A stretch of 64,000 nucleotides of DNA, from assembly GCA_001770205.1 (NCBI GenBank), contig MEQL01000040.1, positions 1 through 64,000 on the forward strand, written 5' to 3'. Under the pieces are notes generated by a model. That model did no database searches, had not been told where the DNA came from, and saw only the letters and a list, made by a program, of their open reading frames with translations. Numbering within the stretch: position 1 is the first letter of the stretch; each line of letters begins with the position of its first letter. The stretch is from Bdellovibrionales bacterium RIFOXYD12_FULL_39_22. GTDB taxonomy: Bacteria; Bdellovibrionota; Bacteriovoracia; Bacteriovoracales; Bacteriovoracaceae. This document shows, one piece after another, positions 1 to 8,384 of the stretch. Both the position numbers and the translations under genes were made by a program.

Positions 1-14
1 TTCAATTGTAACAT
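1..14 (-). CDS. 5' end of a gene running off the window (partial, product unknown)
   Basis: Minus-strand ATG at 14-12 with an AAGGAGG Shine-Dalgarno (plus strand cctcctt 23-29) 8 nt upstream. Confidence 0.55.
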
Positions 15-327
15 AAAGTATGCCTCCTTGTTTGATAACTATTTTTCAAGGATGGCAGATAAATCAGACTAAATCACTGGCTGCTGTGAAAGCCTTACGA
101 TTTTGACTACTTGAATGGGGGGACTAGTAAATTCTCGTGATTCAATAATTGATTTACTTCTATCTATACTAAATTCCGCCATAAATAATTCTCGCTATTA
201 ATTGACGAATTTTCTTTATCACGATTTCATTAATTCGTCTATATTTAAAAACCAATTAGCGAATTTATGCTTGTCATTTTGTTGCAAGTAAAAACTAAAT
301 TCCATGTAGGAATAAAAGGAAGTTGTT

Positions 328-894
328 ATGAAAAAAATGTTTTGGTGCCTTACTCTTTTGACAATTGTTCATCTTTCTATTGTGAGGGCCGATTGCCCAA
401 AGGTAATTAAGCTGCGAAGTCAAAATAATACCTACATCACACTTAATGCCAATATACAGGAAGAGGTGAAATACACAGATTTGTCCCCTAGTTATCTCAC
501 TTACATTACAAAACTAGACATACTTATCAAGGGCAATAATCTGAAAAATGATTGGCCTCTTGAAGTTGAAATGGAAAATATTTGTTACGAAAATTATTAC
601 GAAAGAGAAAATTATTTTTCCGTAACACATTTTTTGACTTTGCAGTGGGATCAGAATGCCCAGGGATTTGTTGGTGATCTATTACACGCCAAGAGATGGA
701 CAAATGGCGGCACAACAATAACGACTCCGTTAGAAAAAATTCCAGTTTATGGAAATGGACATAGAAAATACAGAGATTGCTTCCAGCGTCTTCATATCAA
801 AGAAGAGTCTCGAGTGATTGGAGAATGGTCCTATCCTGGAGAACAATTAATTGATCCTGTTACAAATTTAGCATATTTCACAATGGATATTTAA
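328..894 (+). CDS. hypothetical secreted protein
   Basis: 188-aa ORF with a signal-peptide-like N-terminus (MKK-hydrophobic-VRA) and an AAAGGAAG RBS. No family recognised. Confidence 0.75.
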   Translation: MKKMFWCLTLLTIVHLSIVRADCPKVIKLRSQNNTYITLNANIQEEVKYTDLSPSYLTYITKLDILIKGNNLKNDWPLEVEMENICYENYYERENYFSVTHFLTLQWDQNAQGFVGDLLHAKRWTNGGTTITTPLEKIPVYGNGHRKYRDCFQRLHIKEESRVIGEWSYPGEQLIDPVTNLAYFTMDI

Positions 895-917
895 TTGTAG
901 TACTCAAAGGAATTTTT

Positions 918-2297
918 GTGAAAAATATTTTTACATTGGTGATGATGATGATTTCTTTTAAGTGTTTGTCTCAGACTTATTCGAGGACAGTCCAACTTCA
1001 TCTGTTCGAATGGCCATGGGAAGATATTGCAAAAGAGTGTGAGCAATATCTTGGCCCAAATGGATTTGCTGCGGTTCAAGTATCTCCTCCACAAGATCAT
1101 GCCATTTTACCTGGAAGACCCTGGTATGAACGTTATCAACCAGTTTCTTACCAACTCATCAGTAGAAGTGGAGATAAAAAAAGCTTTATCAATATGGTTC
1201 AAAGATGCAAGCAGGCAGGTGTTGATATTTATGTCGATGCGGTTATTAATCACATGACATGGATTCCGCAAAATAGTGCTATTCTTAATAGCATTGGGGG
1301 GAATCAGTACACCTATTATCAATATCCCAATTATAGGTACAACGACTTTCACCATTTTAATTTTAATGGAGATGGTAGTATCGCAAATTACAATGATCGC
1401 TTTGAAGTGCAAAATGGTAATCTGGCTCTTTGTGCGGATCTTAATACGGCTTCGCCTTATGTTCAAAATACCATCGCAAATTATTTAAATGAATTATTAT
1501 CAATGGGTGTAACAGGCTTTCGAATAGATGCTGCAAAACATATTCCCAAGCAAGATTTACAACAAATCTTTTCAAGACTTGCTCATCCTCCATATATTTA
1601 CCAGGAGGTTATTGATTATGGAGATGGGCCAATAAGGGCAAATGAATATTTACCAAATGGAGATGTTTTAAATTTTAAATATTCTAAAATTATTAGTAAC
1701 GCTTTTCTTTACCATCAAACGGCAACACTTATTGATAATTTAAAAAACACAATGGATATTCCTTCAGACAAGGCAGTCGTATTTGTCGATAATCATGATC
1801 TCGAACGAAGCGAACAACACATAAATTATAAGAATGCAAAAGCGTATTACCTTGCCAATGTTTTTATGCTTGCATTTCCTTGTGGGTACCCTCAAGTGTT
1901 GTCTGGTTATCACTTCAATAATTATCATGAAGGACCTCCAACAGATAATCAAGGTTACACACTGTCTCCTTATCAAAGACCTGAGCGATGGGTATTATTT
2001 CACAGGAAGGTAGAAATTTTAAATATGGTACAATTTAGAAACAGAACCAATTCATATTTTGCTTTAACGAATCCTTGGAGTGGAGCTGATGGCCAAATCT
2101 CTTTCGGAAGAGGACCGCTAGGCCATGTTGTTATCAATCCTTCAAACAAAGGCTTTCGGGCAAATATTCAAACATCAATGCGACCTGGTATATACAATGA
2201 CCTTTTAAGACAAGGCAAGGTAGTTGTCATTGATCCTTTGGGGAAAATAAATATTTCGTTGGAGCCATTTGAAGCGATGGCCATTCTTACAAAATAA
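918..2297 (+). CDS. secreted alpha-amylase, glycoside hydrolase family 13
   Basis: GH13 motifs HLFEW, QVSPP, RYQPVSY, DAVINH, GFRIDAAKH (nucleophile), YQEVID (acid/base) and FVDNHD, plus a signal peptide. Confidence 0.95.
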   Translation: MKNIFTLVMMMISFKCLSQTYSRTVQLHLFEWPWEDIAKECEQYLGPNGFAAVQVSPPQDHAILPGRPWYERYQPVSYQLISRSGDKKSFINMVQRCKQAGVDIYVDAVINHMTWIPQNSAILNSIGGNQYTYYQYPNYRYNDFHHFNFNGDGSIANYNDRFEVQNGNLALCADLNTASPYVQNTIANYLNELLSMGVTGFRIDAAKHIPKQDLQQIFSRLAHPPYIYQEVIDYGDGPIRANEYLPNGDVLNFKYSKIISNAFLYHQTATLIDNLKNTMDIPSDKAVVFVDNHDLERSEQHINYKNAKAYYLANVFMLAFPCGYPQVLSGYHFNNYHEGPPTDNQGYTLSPYQRPERWVLFHRKVEILNMVQFRNRTNSYFALTNPWSGADGQISFGRGPLGHVVINPSNKGFRANIQTSMRPGIYNDLLRQGKVVVIDPLGKINISLEPFEAMAILTK

Positions 2298-2434
2298 TAT
2301 TCTCCTGAGCGTTCTCCATCTGGAGAAAAGTGGATCAGAGATTACAAAACTTAAAATATTGTCATTGCTTCATAATTATTTCAAGTTGTTATCTTTGGAT
2401 AACGCAAAGCAAGCAGTTCGAAACCTTTCGCACA

Positions 2435-2585
2435 TTCTCCGCCACTATCAAACCAACCATTTGTTAAGATTGAAATTTTATTAGAAAAATTTCCGAGCTG
2501 TCTGGTTCTGTCTGGTTCGGTTGACCCAAACAGATCTCTCCGCCACAGTGAAATTTTAAACAGTGATCTGGCCAAGCTGTCTGGT
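2435..2585 (+). repeat. two degenerate att-like units (CTCCGCCA...TGAAATTTTA...AGCTGTCTGGT)
   Basis: CTCCGCCA at 2437-2444 and 2538-2545, each followed by TGAAATTTTA and the exact 11-mer AGCTGTCTGGT (2496, 2575). A third 11-mer lies at 3798. Confidence 0.6.
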
Positions 2586-2812
2586 CGAGTTTATGGTGAT
2601 GCGCAAAATTCAAGAGAGATCTTCTTTTTTTTAAAAAATCATGAATTAGACAATATAAGAAATAGCATTGGCTCAATTTTCTATTTCTTTGAGTCAGTGA
2701 AGTGCACTAAAGACATTTCAAATATTATTGGTGACAAATATAGCTGTTTTATTGAAATTAAAGATAAATATCTAGATTGACGACCAATTTGCGACTACAA
2801 AGACAAGATAAT

Positions 2813-2847
2813 AATGAGAAGGGCTCTTTTTCGTAGCCCTTCTCATT
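2813..2847 (-). terminator. probable intrinsic terminator of the DUF4258/HTH operon
   Basis: Perfect 13-bp stem AATGAGAAGGGCT/AGCCCTTCTCATT with a 9-nt loop, about 100 bp downstream of the antitoxin stop. Confidence 0.7.
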
Positions 2848-2952
2848 TCCTGGCATTAAAAATCAACCAATGATGAGCATTGTGAATTGTCTTCGCGCCG
2901 GGCCATTAAAAGGCCAAGCGGCGCGCTCTACTAACAATTTAACTATCAATTG

Positions 2953-3378
2953 TTAAACTGCGATTTTGAAAACATCTTCTAGATCGTTCATCTGTTTTGC
3001 CATAGACGAGGGGCCGAGAATACTAAGGCCGTATTTTTCTCTAAAAAACTGTTGAAGAAAGTAGGCGTGGGAGTGATCGATCAGTTGATCGATGTCTTTG
3101 CCTTCCCAATTAGCAATCGTCGATTGGCCGACGTTCAAAAGATTAGCTAGATCGACTTGTGTTATTCCTGACGTCTTTCTTAAAAATCGAAGCTCTTTTC
3201 CGCGCAAGGGAATATTATTTTTTAAAATGGCAAAAGCAATTTTTTCGTGAAGCTCTTTGACGTTGGGTATGTTTATGGAGCGGCCATACTTTGTATTGAT
3301 GGCCTTAACCTTTTTTATGAAGACGTACTCTAGGCCAGATTCGAGGTAGTGATAGTTTTCAATGATTTTATTTTCCAT
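2953..3378 (-). CDS. XRE/HTH_3 antitoxin (MqsA/HigA-like)
   Basis: HTH segment LRFLRKTSGITQVDLANLLNVGQSTIANWE and an N-terminal YHYLESGLEYVFI motif. ATG 3378 has a GGAG RBS and overlaps the toxin stop. Confidence 0.8.
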   Translation of the reverse strand: MENKIIENYHYLESGLEYVFIKKVKAINTKYGRSINIPNVKELHEKIAFAILKNNIPLRGKELRFLRKTSGITQVDLANLLNVGQSTIANWEGKDIDQLIDHSHAYFLQQFFREKYGLSILGPSSMAKQMNDLEDVFKIAV

Positions 3379-3664
3379 AAATATCTCCAATTACGGTGAT
3401 GACTAAAGTTTTTGTCTCTTTTAGATAGGCCATGACGATTCTAATTATTTCGCCATCGCAACCTTTTCCATCCCAACAGACCTTAATTTCTTCACCAGTA
3501 TCTATTTCTATTTTTGAGATGCCGCCGGTTAAGTACGCGTCCTCAACGTCCGCAATAGTAATTCTTCGCTCAACCATTCTATTTCGCGCATGTTCCGTAT
3601 AATAAAAACCATCATGCAAGACGAATGATTTTTGTATCAGCGCTTCAATTTCCTTTTTTCTCAT
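3368..3664 (-). CDS. DUF4258-family putative toxin
   Basis: YTEHARNRMVERRITIADV N-terminal motif and LVITV C-terminal motif typical of DUF4258. Lies directly upstream of an HTH gene. Confidence 0.8.
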   Translation of the reverse strand: MRKKEIEALIQKSFVLHDGFYYTEHARNRMVERRITIADVEDAYLTGGISKIEIDTGEEIKVCWDGKGCDGEIIRIVMAYLKETKTLVITVIGDIYGK

Positions 3665-3684
3665 AAATCCGCCTCTGTTGATAA

Positions 3685-3699
3685 TATCATAAAATGATA
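3685..3699. promoter_or_regulatory. putative operator palindrome of the TA operon
   Basis: TATCAT-AAA-ATGATA about 20 bp upstream of the toxin start. Confidence 0.4.
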
Positions 3700-3777
3700 A
3701 ATATTGAAAGATGATAACTAGTTATATTTCATATTTTATCCTAATCCTTTATTGAAAAAAATGTCGGAGACGTAATT

Positions 3778-3832
3778 TCTTCACCACTTAGATTTTTAGC
3801 TGTCTGGTCGGCCGGTCTGGTTTTGGTCTGGT
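3778..3832 (+). repeat. third att-like unit with three GTCTGGT direct repeats
   Basis: CTTCACCA, then AGCTGTCTGGT at 3798. GTCTGGT copies at 3802, 3815 and 3826. Confidence 0.6.
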
Positions 3833-4083
3833 CAGTTGCTAGTTTTAATGAAAAATAATGAGATCAGATGAGAAAGGAAAATAGGATAAGTTTTTGATTT
3901 TGCTCTTAGCAATCATCAGAAAACCTTTACTTGCTGTGTCTGCAATTGCAGACCACATAATATCAAAATGAATTCTTATCATGATCAGAAATGCCCATTG
4001 CTGATTTTACAAAAACATGTCGCGAATATATAGGCAATCTAGACAAATGAGCAATCCAAAAAATTAATAGCAAGGGAAAAATG

Positions 4084-4108
4084 AAAAGGGCCATCGTGGG
4101 CCCTTTTT
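4084..4108. terminator. hairpin, probable terminator
   Basis: AAAAGGGCC-ATCGTG-GGCCCTTTT stem with A/T tracts on both sides. Confidence 0.6.
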
Positions 4109-4123
4109 GCTATTGGATGAATT

Positions 4124-4206
4124 TGCGTATTCCGCTGACAACTGGCCAACGATTCCGCTCGTAACTGGCCGGCCATTCCGCTGCTAACTGGCCACCCCAA
4201 AATGCA
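4124..4206. repeat. IS21 terminal inverted repeat with three TTCCGCT-N-AACTGGCC sub-repeats
   Basis: Inverted match to 6658-6762, including a perfect inner 22-mer TAACTGGCCACCCCAAAATGCA. Confidence 0.92.
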
Positions 4207-4239
4207 CAAAAAAACTTTTTTACTCTTCTTTATTTATCG

Positions 4240-5040
4240 TCATTTTTCTTTTTTACTTGAGCTTTTTATTTCAGGCTTCTTATTATTTTTGTCAATTTCT
4301 TTTTTCCCATTTTCGTTTTGAACTTTTCTAAGAGAAGGGCCATCTAATTCTATCCGATATGAGTTATGAACCAGTCGATCCAAGATGGCATCTGCAATAG
4401 TGGAATCCCCAATAAGCTCATGCCAATTTTTAACAGGAATCTGACTCGTCACTATAGTTGATTTTAAATCATGCCTCTCCTCAATAATTTCTAAAAAATC
4501 TTTTCTCTCCATTTCGTTGAGTCTTGAGAGGCCCCAGTCATCAATGATTAGCAAATCAACTTTAGCAATGGATGACATTATTTTTGGGTAGCGGCCATCT
4601 CCGTGCGCTACGGCCAGTTCTACGAGAAGTTTTGGCACCCTGGCATAAAGAGACGAATACCCCTCTAAGCACGCTTTGTGGGCCAATGCACACGCTAGGA
4701 AGCTCTTTCCAACACCAGTGTATCCTGTAATCAAAATGTTTCGATGCTCTTTTATCCATTTGCACTGGCCGAGCGAGAGGACAACGCTTCTATCTAAATT
4801 TCGATCACTTTTAAATGATAAGTTTTCAAGGCAAGCGTTGTGCTTAAGCTTGGCACTTTTTAAGCGGCCGGCCAATCTTCTATTGTCACGATCGAGGGCC
4901 TCCTGTTCAATAAGATGGCCCAACCTTTCGTCAAAATTTAGTTTGGAATAATTTTGTGACCTAAGCTGTTCTTCAAATGCCTTCACCATGCCGCTTAATT
5001 TTAACTGTTTCATTTTTTCTAAAGTAGGTACTATCAACAT
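4240..5040 (-). CDS. istB: IS21 helper ATPase IstB
   Basis: Walker A GYTGVGKS, Walker B LLIIDDWG, and TSQ and ADAILDRLVHNSYRIEL motifs. Confidence 0.97.
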   Translation of the reverse strand: MLIVPTLEKMKQLKLSGMVKAFEEQLRSQNYSKLNFDERLGHLIEQEALDRDNRRLAGRLKSAKLKHNACLENLSFKSDRNLDRSVVLSLGQCKWIKEHRNILITGYTGVGKSFLACALAHKACLEGYSSLYARVPKLLVELAVAHGDGRYPKIMSSIAKVDLLIIDDWGLSRLNEMERKDFLEIIEERHDLKSTIVTSQIPVKNWHELIGDSTIADAILDRLVHNSYRIELDGPSLRKVQNENGKKEIDKNNKKPEIKSSSKKEK

Positions 5041-5054
5041 ATGCTCTCCTTGTT

Positions 5055-6596
5055 TTAATGAAAATATTCGGGCCCTCTAATATTTTCATGGTTAATTGGG
5101 TTGTCATCATGTTTCGATATCGGTTGAGAATCCAGCCCTTTGTCTAAAATTGATTTGATATGCTTAAAGCCAATTCCTCCAATGGAGATTGCCCTTTTGC
5201 AAGCATTGTCAACGCGCTCTTTTGTGTAATGTTTTTCAAGGCGAATAATTCCTAGACACGTTCGAAAAGATAATTCGGGGTGCTCACCCTGTGAAAATAA
5301 TTTTTCCACCGCGGCCCGAACGTTGGGCCCAATCTTCTCGGCCCAATTTATGATCCTCTCCGGTGACCACTCCGCATAATCACGATGCCCCTTTGGCATA
5401 TGATCAGGGTTGGTCGTTTTGGTGCCCCTTTTATAAATACGTGTATGGGTAGCAATCCTATGATTGTTTAAAAAAATCTCCACGCAAATAGTAGTATATC
5501 TTGCAGTCAAATCATGATTTCTATATTTAAAATGAACGCTGTAATAGCAATGATCAAGTTCAATATGATAATCAATGTTTGCTCTGACATTTTTCCACTC
5601 GGCAATTTCAAAATGAGTTTCTGGCAACTTCTTTAATTCTTTTTTTTCAATCTCTTCAAAAACAGATCGGCGGCTTCCTTCCCGTTTTTGAAACTCCTCG
5701 CCGTTGTATTTTTCTAGCAAATCCCATATCGCCATATTCAATTCATCCAATGAAAAAAAGGTTCGATTCCTGAGTGCTGCCAGAATCCATCGAGAGGCAA
5801 TAAGCACGGCTCCCTCAACGGTTGCTTTGTCTTTGGGCCGTTTTGATCTCGCGGGGATTACGACTGCATAATAATGTTTTGCCATCTCCCTATAGGATTT
5901 ATTAATTGACGGCTCATACTTATCTGCCACCGTCACTCCACTCTTTAAATTATCAGGAACAAGTATCTCTGAGCACCCATCAAAATATTTAAAAGCATTA
6001 ATGTTTGAAGTTAAAAACTCTCTTGAGGTTTGTGACCATGTCGCCTCAATGTAGGTGTAGTGACTCAGTCCAAGAGCAGCAATAAATATTTGCGCTTCTC
6101 TAATCTCTCCTGTTTTGGGATTAGTTATGGGAACAGTTGTTCCCGCATAATCAATAAACATTTTTTCTCCGGCCTTATGAATTTGTCTCATACTTATCTT
6201 CTGATCATTTTTCCAGGCACGATATAAATCACAGTAGTGAGAGTAGTTGCAAAGATCCGGATTTTTCTCTCGACCTTCCTTCCATAAAAGTTTTAGAGTT
6301 ACATGTTTACGCTTGAGCTCCTTATGAATATATTCAAAATCGATTTGAATATTCTCCGCACCCATGTCAATATTTTTGAAAGGAAAAATTTTTATTTTTA
6401 ACTCTTCATCTGATAATTTTTCAATGTCGGTGAAGATTGTAATACCTGCATCAGTGGCCCTATCTACATATGTGGCAACCGTTGATTTTGAACGATGAAC
6501 AATACTCCCAATCAGCCGGTTACTTTTTTGTTCATTAAATTTTAGTCTCAAAATTTCTCGAACTAAATTCATACAAAACCTCTCGGGTACTGCCAT
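5055..6596 (-). CDS. istA: IS21 DDE transposase IstA
   Basis: N-terminal HTH, FIDYAG, VPDNLKSGV and PKDKATVE (DDE triad), WSPERII, HENIRGPEYF C-terminus. Confidence 0.97.
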   Translation of the reverse strand: MAVPERFCMNLVREILRLKFNEQKSNRLIGSIVHRSKSTVATYVDRATDAGITIFTDIEKLSDEELKIKIFPFKNIDMGAENIQIDFEYIHKELKRKHVTLKLLWKEGREKNPDLCNYSHYCDLYRAWKNDQKISMRQIHKAGEKMFIDYAGTTVPITNPKTGEIREAQIFIAALGLSHYTYIEATWSQTSREFLTSNINAFKYFDGCSEILVPDNLKSGVTVADKYEPSINKSYREMAKHYYAVVIPARSKRPKDKATVEGAVLIASRWILAALRNRTFFSLDELNMAIWDLLEKYNGEEFQKREGSRRSVFEEIEKKELKKLPETHFEIAEWKNVRANIDYHIELDHCYYSVHFKYRNHDLTARYTTICVEIFLNNHRIATHTRIYKRGTKTTNPDHMPKGHRDYAEWSPERIINWAEKIGPNVRAAVEKLFSQGEHPELSFRTCLGIIRLEKHYTKERVDNACKRAISIGGIGFKHIKSILDKGLDSQPISKHDDNPINHENIRGPEYFH

Positions 6597-6657
6597 AATT
6601 ACTCCTAATTTGTTTAAAAAAAACGATTAGGTTTTATTATGACACATTAAAAAGTTT

Positions 6658-6762
6658 TGCATTTTGGGGTGGCCAGTTACGGCCGGAATCGGTGGCCAGT
6701 TAGCAGCGGATTGAGTGGCCAGTTACGAGCGGAAAGACCGGCCAGTTGGACTGGAATACGCA
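6658..6762. repeat. IS21 terminal inverted repeat with four GGCCAGTT sub-repeats
   Basis: Inverted counterpart of 4124-4206 with one extra unit. Confidence 0.92.
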
Positions 6763-6803
6763 GAATTCACACACACACTGAATTATGTTCAATATTTCTG
6801 CAT

Positions 6804-7055
6804 TCAAGTTCTTTTTAAGATGCTCCACAATCTCTCAATATCTTCAAGAAGTAATTTGGCCATGAAAGTGGTGTAAGGCACGCCTAAGTTTTTTGCTAAG
6901 ATTTTTATCTTTGTGAGAGAATCGCTATCGATCCTCATATTAACTTGTGACGATTTTATCAGCGGTACGTTTCTTTTTTTATCAGCAAGCTTTGTGATTG
7001 CCTCAACGTCATCTTTCGATAGTGAGCTTAATCTGGATTTACTTTTAGACTTCAT
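6804..7055 (-). CDS. CopG/RHH-like antitoxin (BrnA-like)
   Basis: QVNMRIDSDSLTKIKILAKNLGVPYTTFM matches the RHH antitoxin pattern. ATGA overlap with the upstream gene. Confidence 0.75.
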   Translation of the reverse strand: MKSKSKSRLSSLSKDDVEAITKLADKKRNVPLIKSSQVNMRIDSDSLTKIKILAKNLGVPYTTFMAKLLLEDIERLWSILKRT

Positions 7056-7375
7056 TTTTTCCTCCCAGGCTTACGGCGATAAGCATTTACGATTCCCAAA
7101 ATTTCTAGATCTTCTCCCCCTATGAGAAAAACGAGTCGGTAGATTTTTGGCGTATCACCATACTCGACATCTGCAACATAATATTCAATATCCTTTGTCA
7201 ATGAGTCTACCTCGAAACTATGCCCGTTGAGCATATAGACAAGCTCCAAGATCAACTCATCATTCATATACGAAGAATGTTTCCCTAAGTAGTGGTTGCC
7301 AATTCTTAGGAGTTTAATATTATGATGATTAACCTCAATGTTTATCGGATATTCTTCATATTTAAAATTATTCAT
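7052..7375 (-). CDS. putative toxin (RelE/BrnT-like fold, inferred)
   Basis: 107 aa, translationally coupled to an RHH gene. C-terminal YRLVF...LGIVNAYRR resembles RelE/BrnT-fold ends. Confidence 0.55.
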   Translation of the reverse strand: MNNFKYEEYPINIEVNHHNIKLLRIGNHYLGKHSSYMNDELILELVYMLNGHSFEVDSLTKDIEYYVADVEYGDTPKIYRLVFLIGGEDLEILGIVNAYRRKPGRKK

Positions 7376-7512
7376 TAATTAAGCTCCGCGTGGCTATACG
7401 AAAATCATTATAACATATCGATTTAATGAATACAACATGTCAAAAACGTATAGTAATCTAATTAGTTAAACTAATTCATAGTTGTTGAATGATTTTGTTG
7501 GTTCCTGATGAA

Positions 7513-7530
7513 ATTAATAATATTATTAAT
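7513..7530. promoter_or_regulatory. perfect 18-bp palindrome, putative RHH operator
   Basis: ATTAATAATATTATTAAT, 20 bp upstream of the RHH gene start. Confidence 0.45.
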
Positions 7531-7550
7531 CTTATTAACAGGAGGAGAGT

Positions 7551-7805
7551 ATGGCCGCAAAAATATTATCAATCTCTTTACCCCAAGACTTAAATGATGA
7601 GGTTGTAGCAATTGCAAATGAAGAGCGAAGAACTATTTCAGAAATTTTCAGGGAAGTAATTCGGCAGTACGCCGCAAATAGAGCGGTGGCCGATGTTAGG
7701 AAGGCGATTAAACGAACGAAAAAAAATATAGAGAGGAAGATATTGAAGAAATCGTTGATAAGAGAAGAAAATGAAACCTCTTGTCAAAGCGTGCGTGGAT
7801 ACTAG
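7551..7805 (+). CDS. RHH/CopG antitoxin, probably frameshifted at an A8 run
   Basis: ILSISLPQDL...EERRTISEIFRE RHH motif and strong AGGAGG RBS. An alternative frame after the A8 run (7719-7726) gives KYREEDIEEIVDKRRK*, ending in an ATGA overlap with the PIN gene. Confidence 0.7.
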   Translation: MAAKILSISLPQDLNDEVVAIANEERRTISEIFREVIRQYAANRAVADVRKAIKRTKKNIERKILKKSLIREENETSCQSVRGY

Positions 7806-7911
7806 CGTCTGGCCTAGTGGTCTTGTTTTTTCTGGCGTACCGGTGAATGGGAATGCTGGGCAATTAATAGATCTTGCGCGGAAAACAATGTTCATGGCCG
7901 GCCACCGCTAA
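7771..7911 (+). pseudogene. truncated PIN-domain (VapC-like) toxin
   Basis: Manual translation MKPLVKACVDTSVWPSGLVFSG...LIDLARK...* carries the PIN N-terminal D-T-[NS]-V-x-x-S motif but stops after 46 aa. Confidence 0.65.
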
Positions 7912-8059
7912 GTTGAAGGTTACCTAGTGGCTAAAGAAGAATTTTGCGGAAATTAAAAAAAATCACCAAATAAATGTGGGTTTAGCTAAGGTTTAAAAGG
8001 ATGTGAGAATTAAATGATGCTGGGAAAAGTTATTCTAAAATTGCGGGAGAGGTAGGCAC

Positions 8060-8326
8060 TGATCGTAGGACGGTGGCAAAATACATCAAAAGCAATACTG
8101 TAATAATTGCATGTCGAAAAAAAACAAGCCTGGCCATAGTACATACTATCATCAAATGTTAAGTGCGGCGATTGTCCATCCAGACATGAAGGCAGTGATT
8201 CCACTAAACCAAGGGCCGATGTTGAGGCAAGATAACAGTGAAAAAAATGTCTGCGAATTTAATGCTTTTAAAAGATTTGCCAGTAAGTTTAGAAAAGATC
8301 ACCCGAAACCCACGGTTGTTCTTTAA
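8060..8326 (+). pseudogene. internal fragment of a DDE transposase (ISNCY/IS4-like)
   Basis: CNNCMSKK...YYHQMLSAAIVHPD...VIPL...QDNSEKNVCEFNAFKRF...KDHP resembles a conserved transposase segment. No intact start or C-terminus. Confidence 0.7.
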
Positions 8327-8384
8327 GAAAATTGCAATAGAATCGTATTGATTAACAAAATGTCCGCAGGTAGTATTTGTATGC

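Larger units (their letters stand above)
4124..6762 (-). mobile_element. complete IS21-family insertion sequence (2639 bp)
   Basis: TGCGTATTCC...GGAATACGCA termini (TG...CA), multiple internal transposase-binding repeats, 5-bp direct repeat GAATT at 4119-4123 and 6763-6767, and an istA-istB pair. Confidence 0.97.

Noticed and set aside
130..270. Short inverted repeats (GACGAATT/AATTCGTC) and a TTCCGCCA in the first intergenic region
   Set aside because: Short and AT-rich, and lacking the AGCTGTCTGGT element. They cannot be distinguished from chance or ordinary operators.
2411..2444. GTTCGAA...CTCCGCCA resembling a tRNA 3' half
   Set aside because: Spacing and pairing do not give a T-arm or acceptor stem, and no cloverleaf lies upstream. 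Kept only as a possible att relic.
4124..4206. Periodic ~22-bp repeats here and at 6658-6762 resembling a mini-CRISPR
   Set aside because: There are no spacers or cas genes. The repeats are inverted between the two ends and bounded by TG/CA and a target duplication, so they are IS21 ends.
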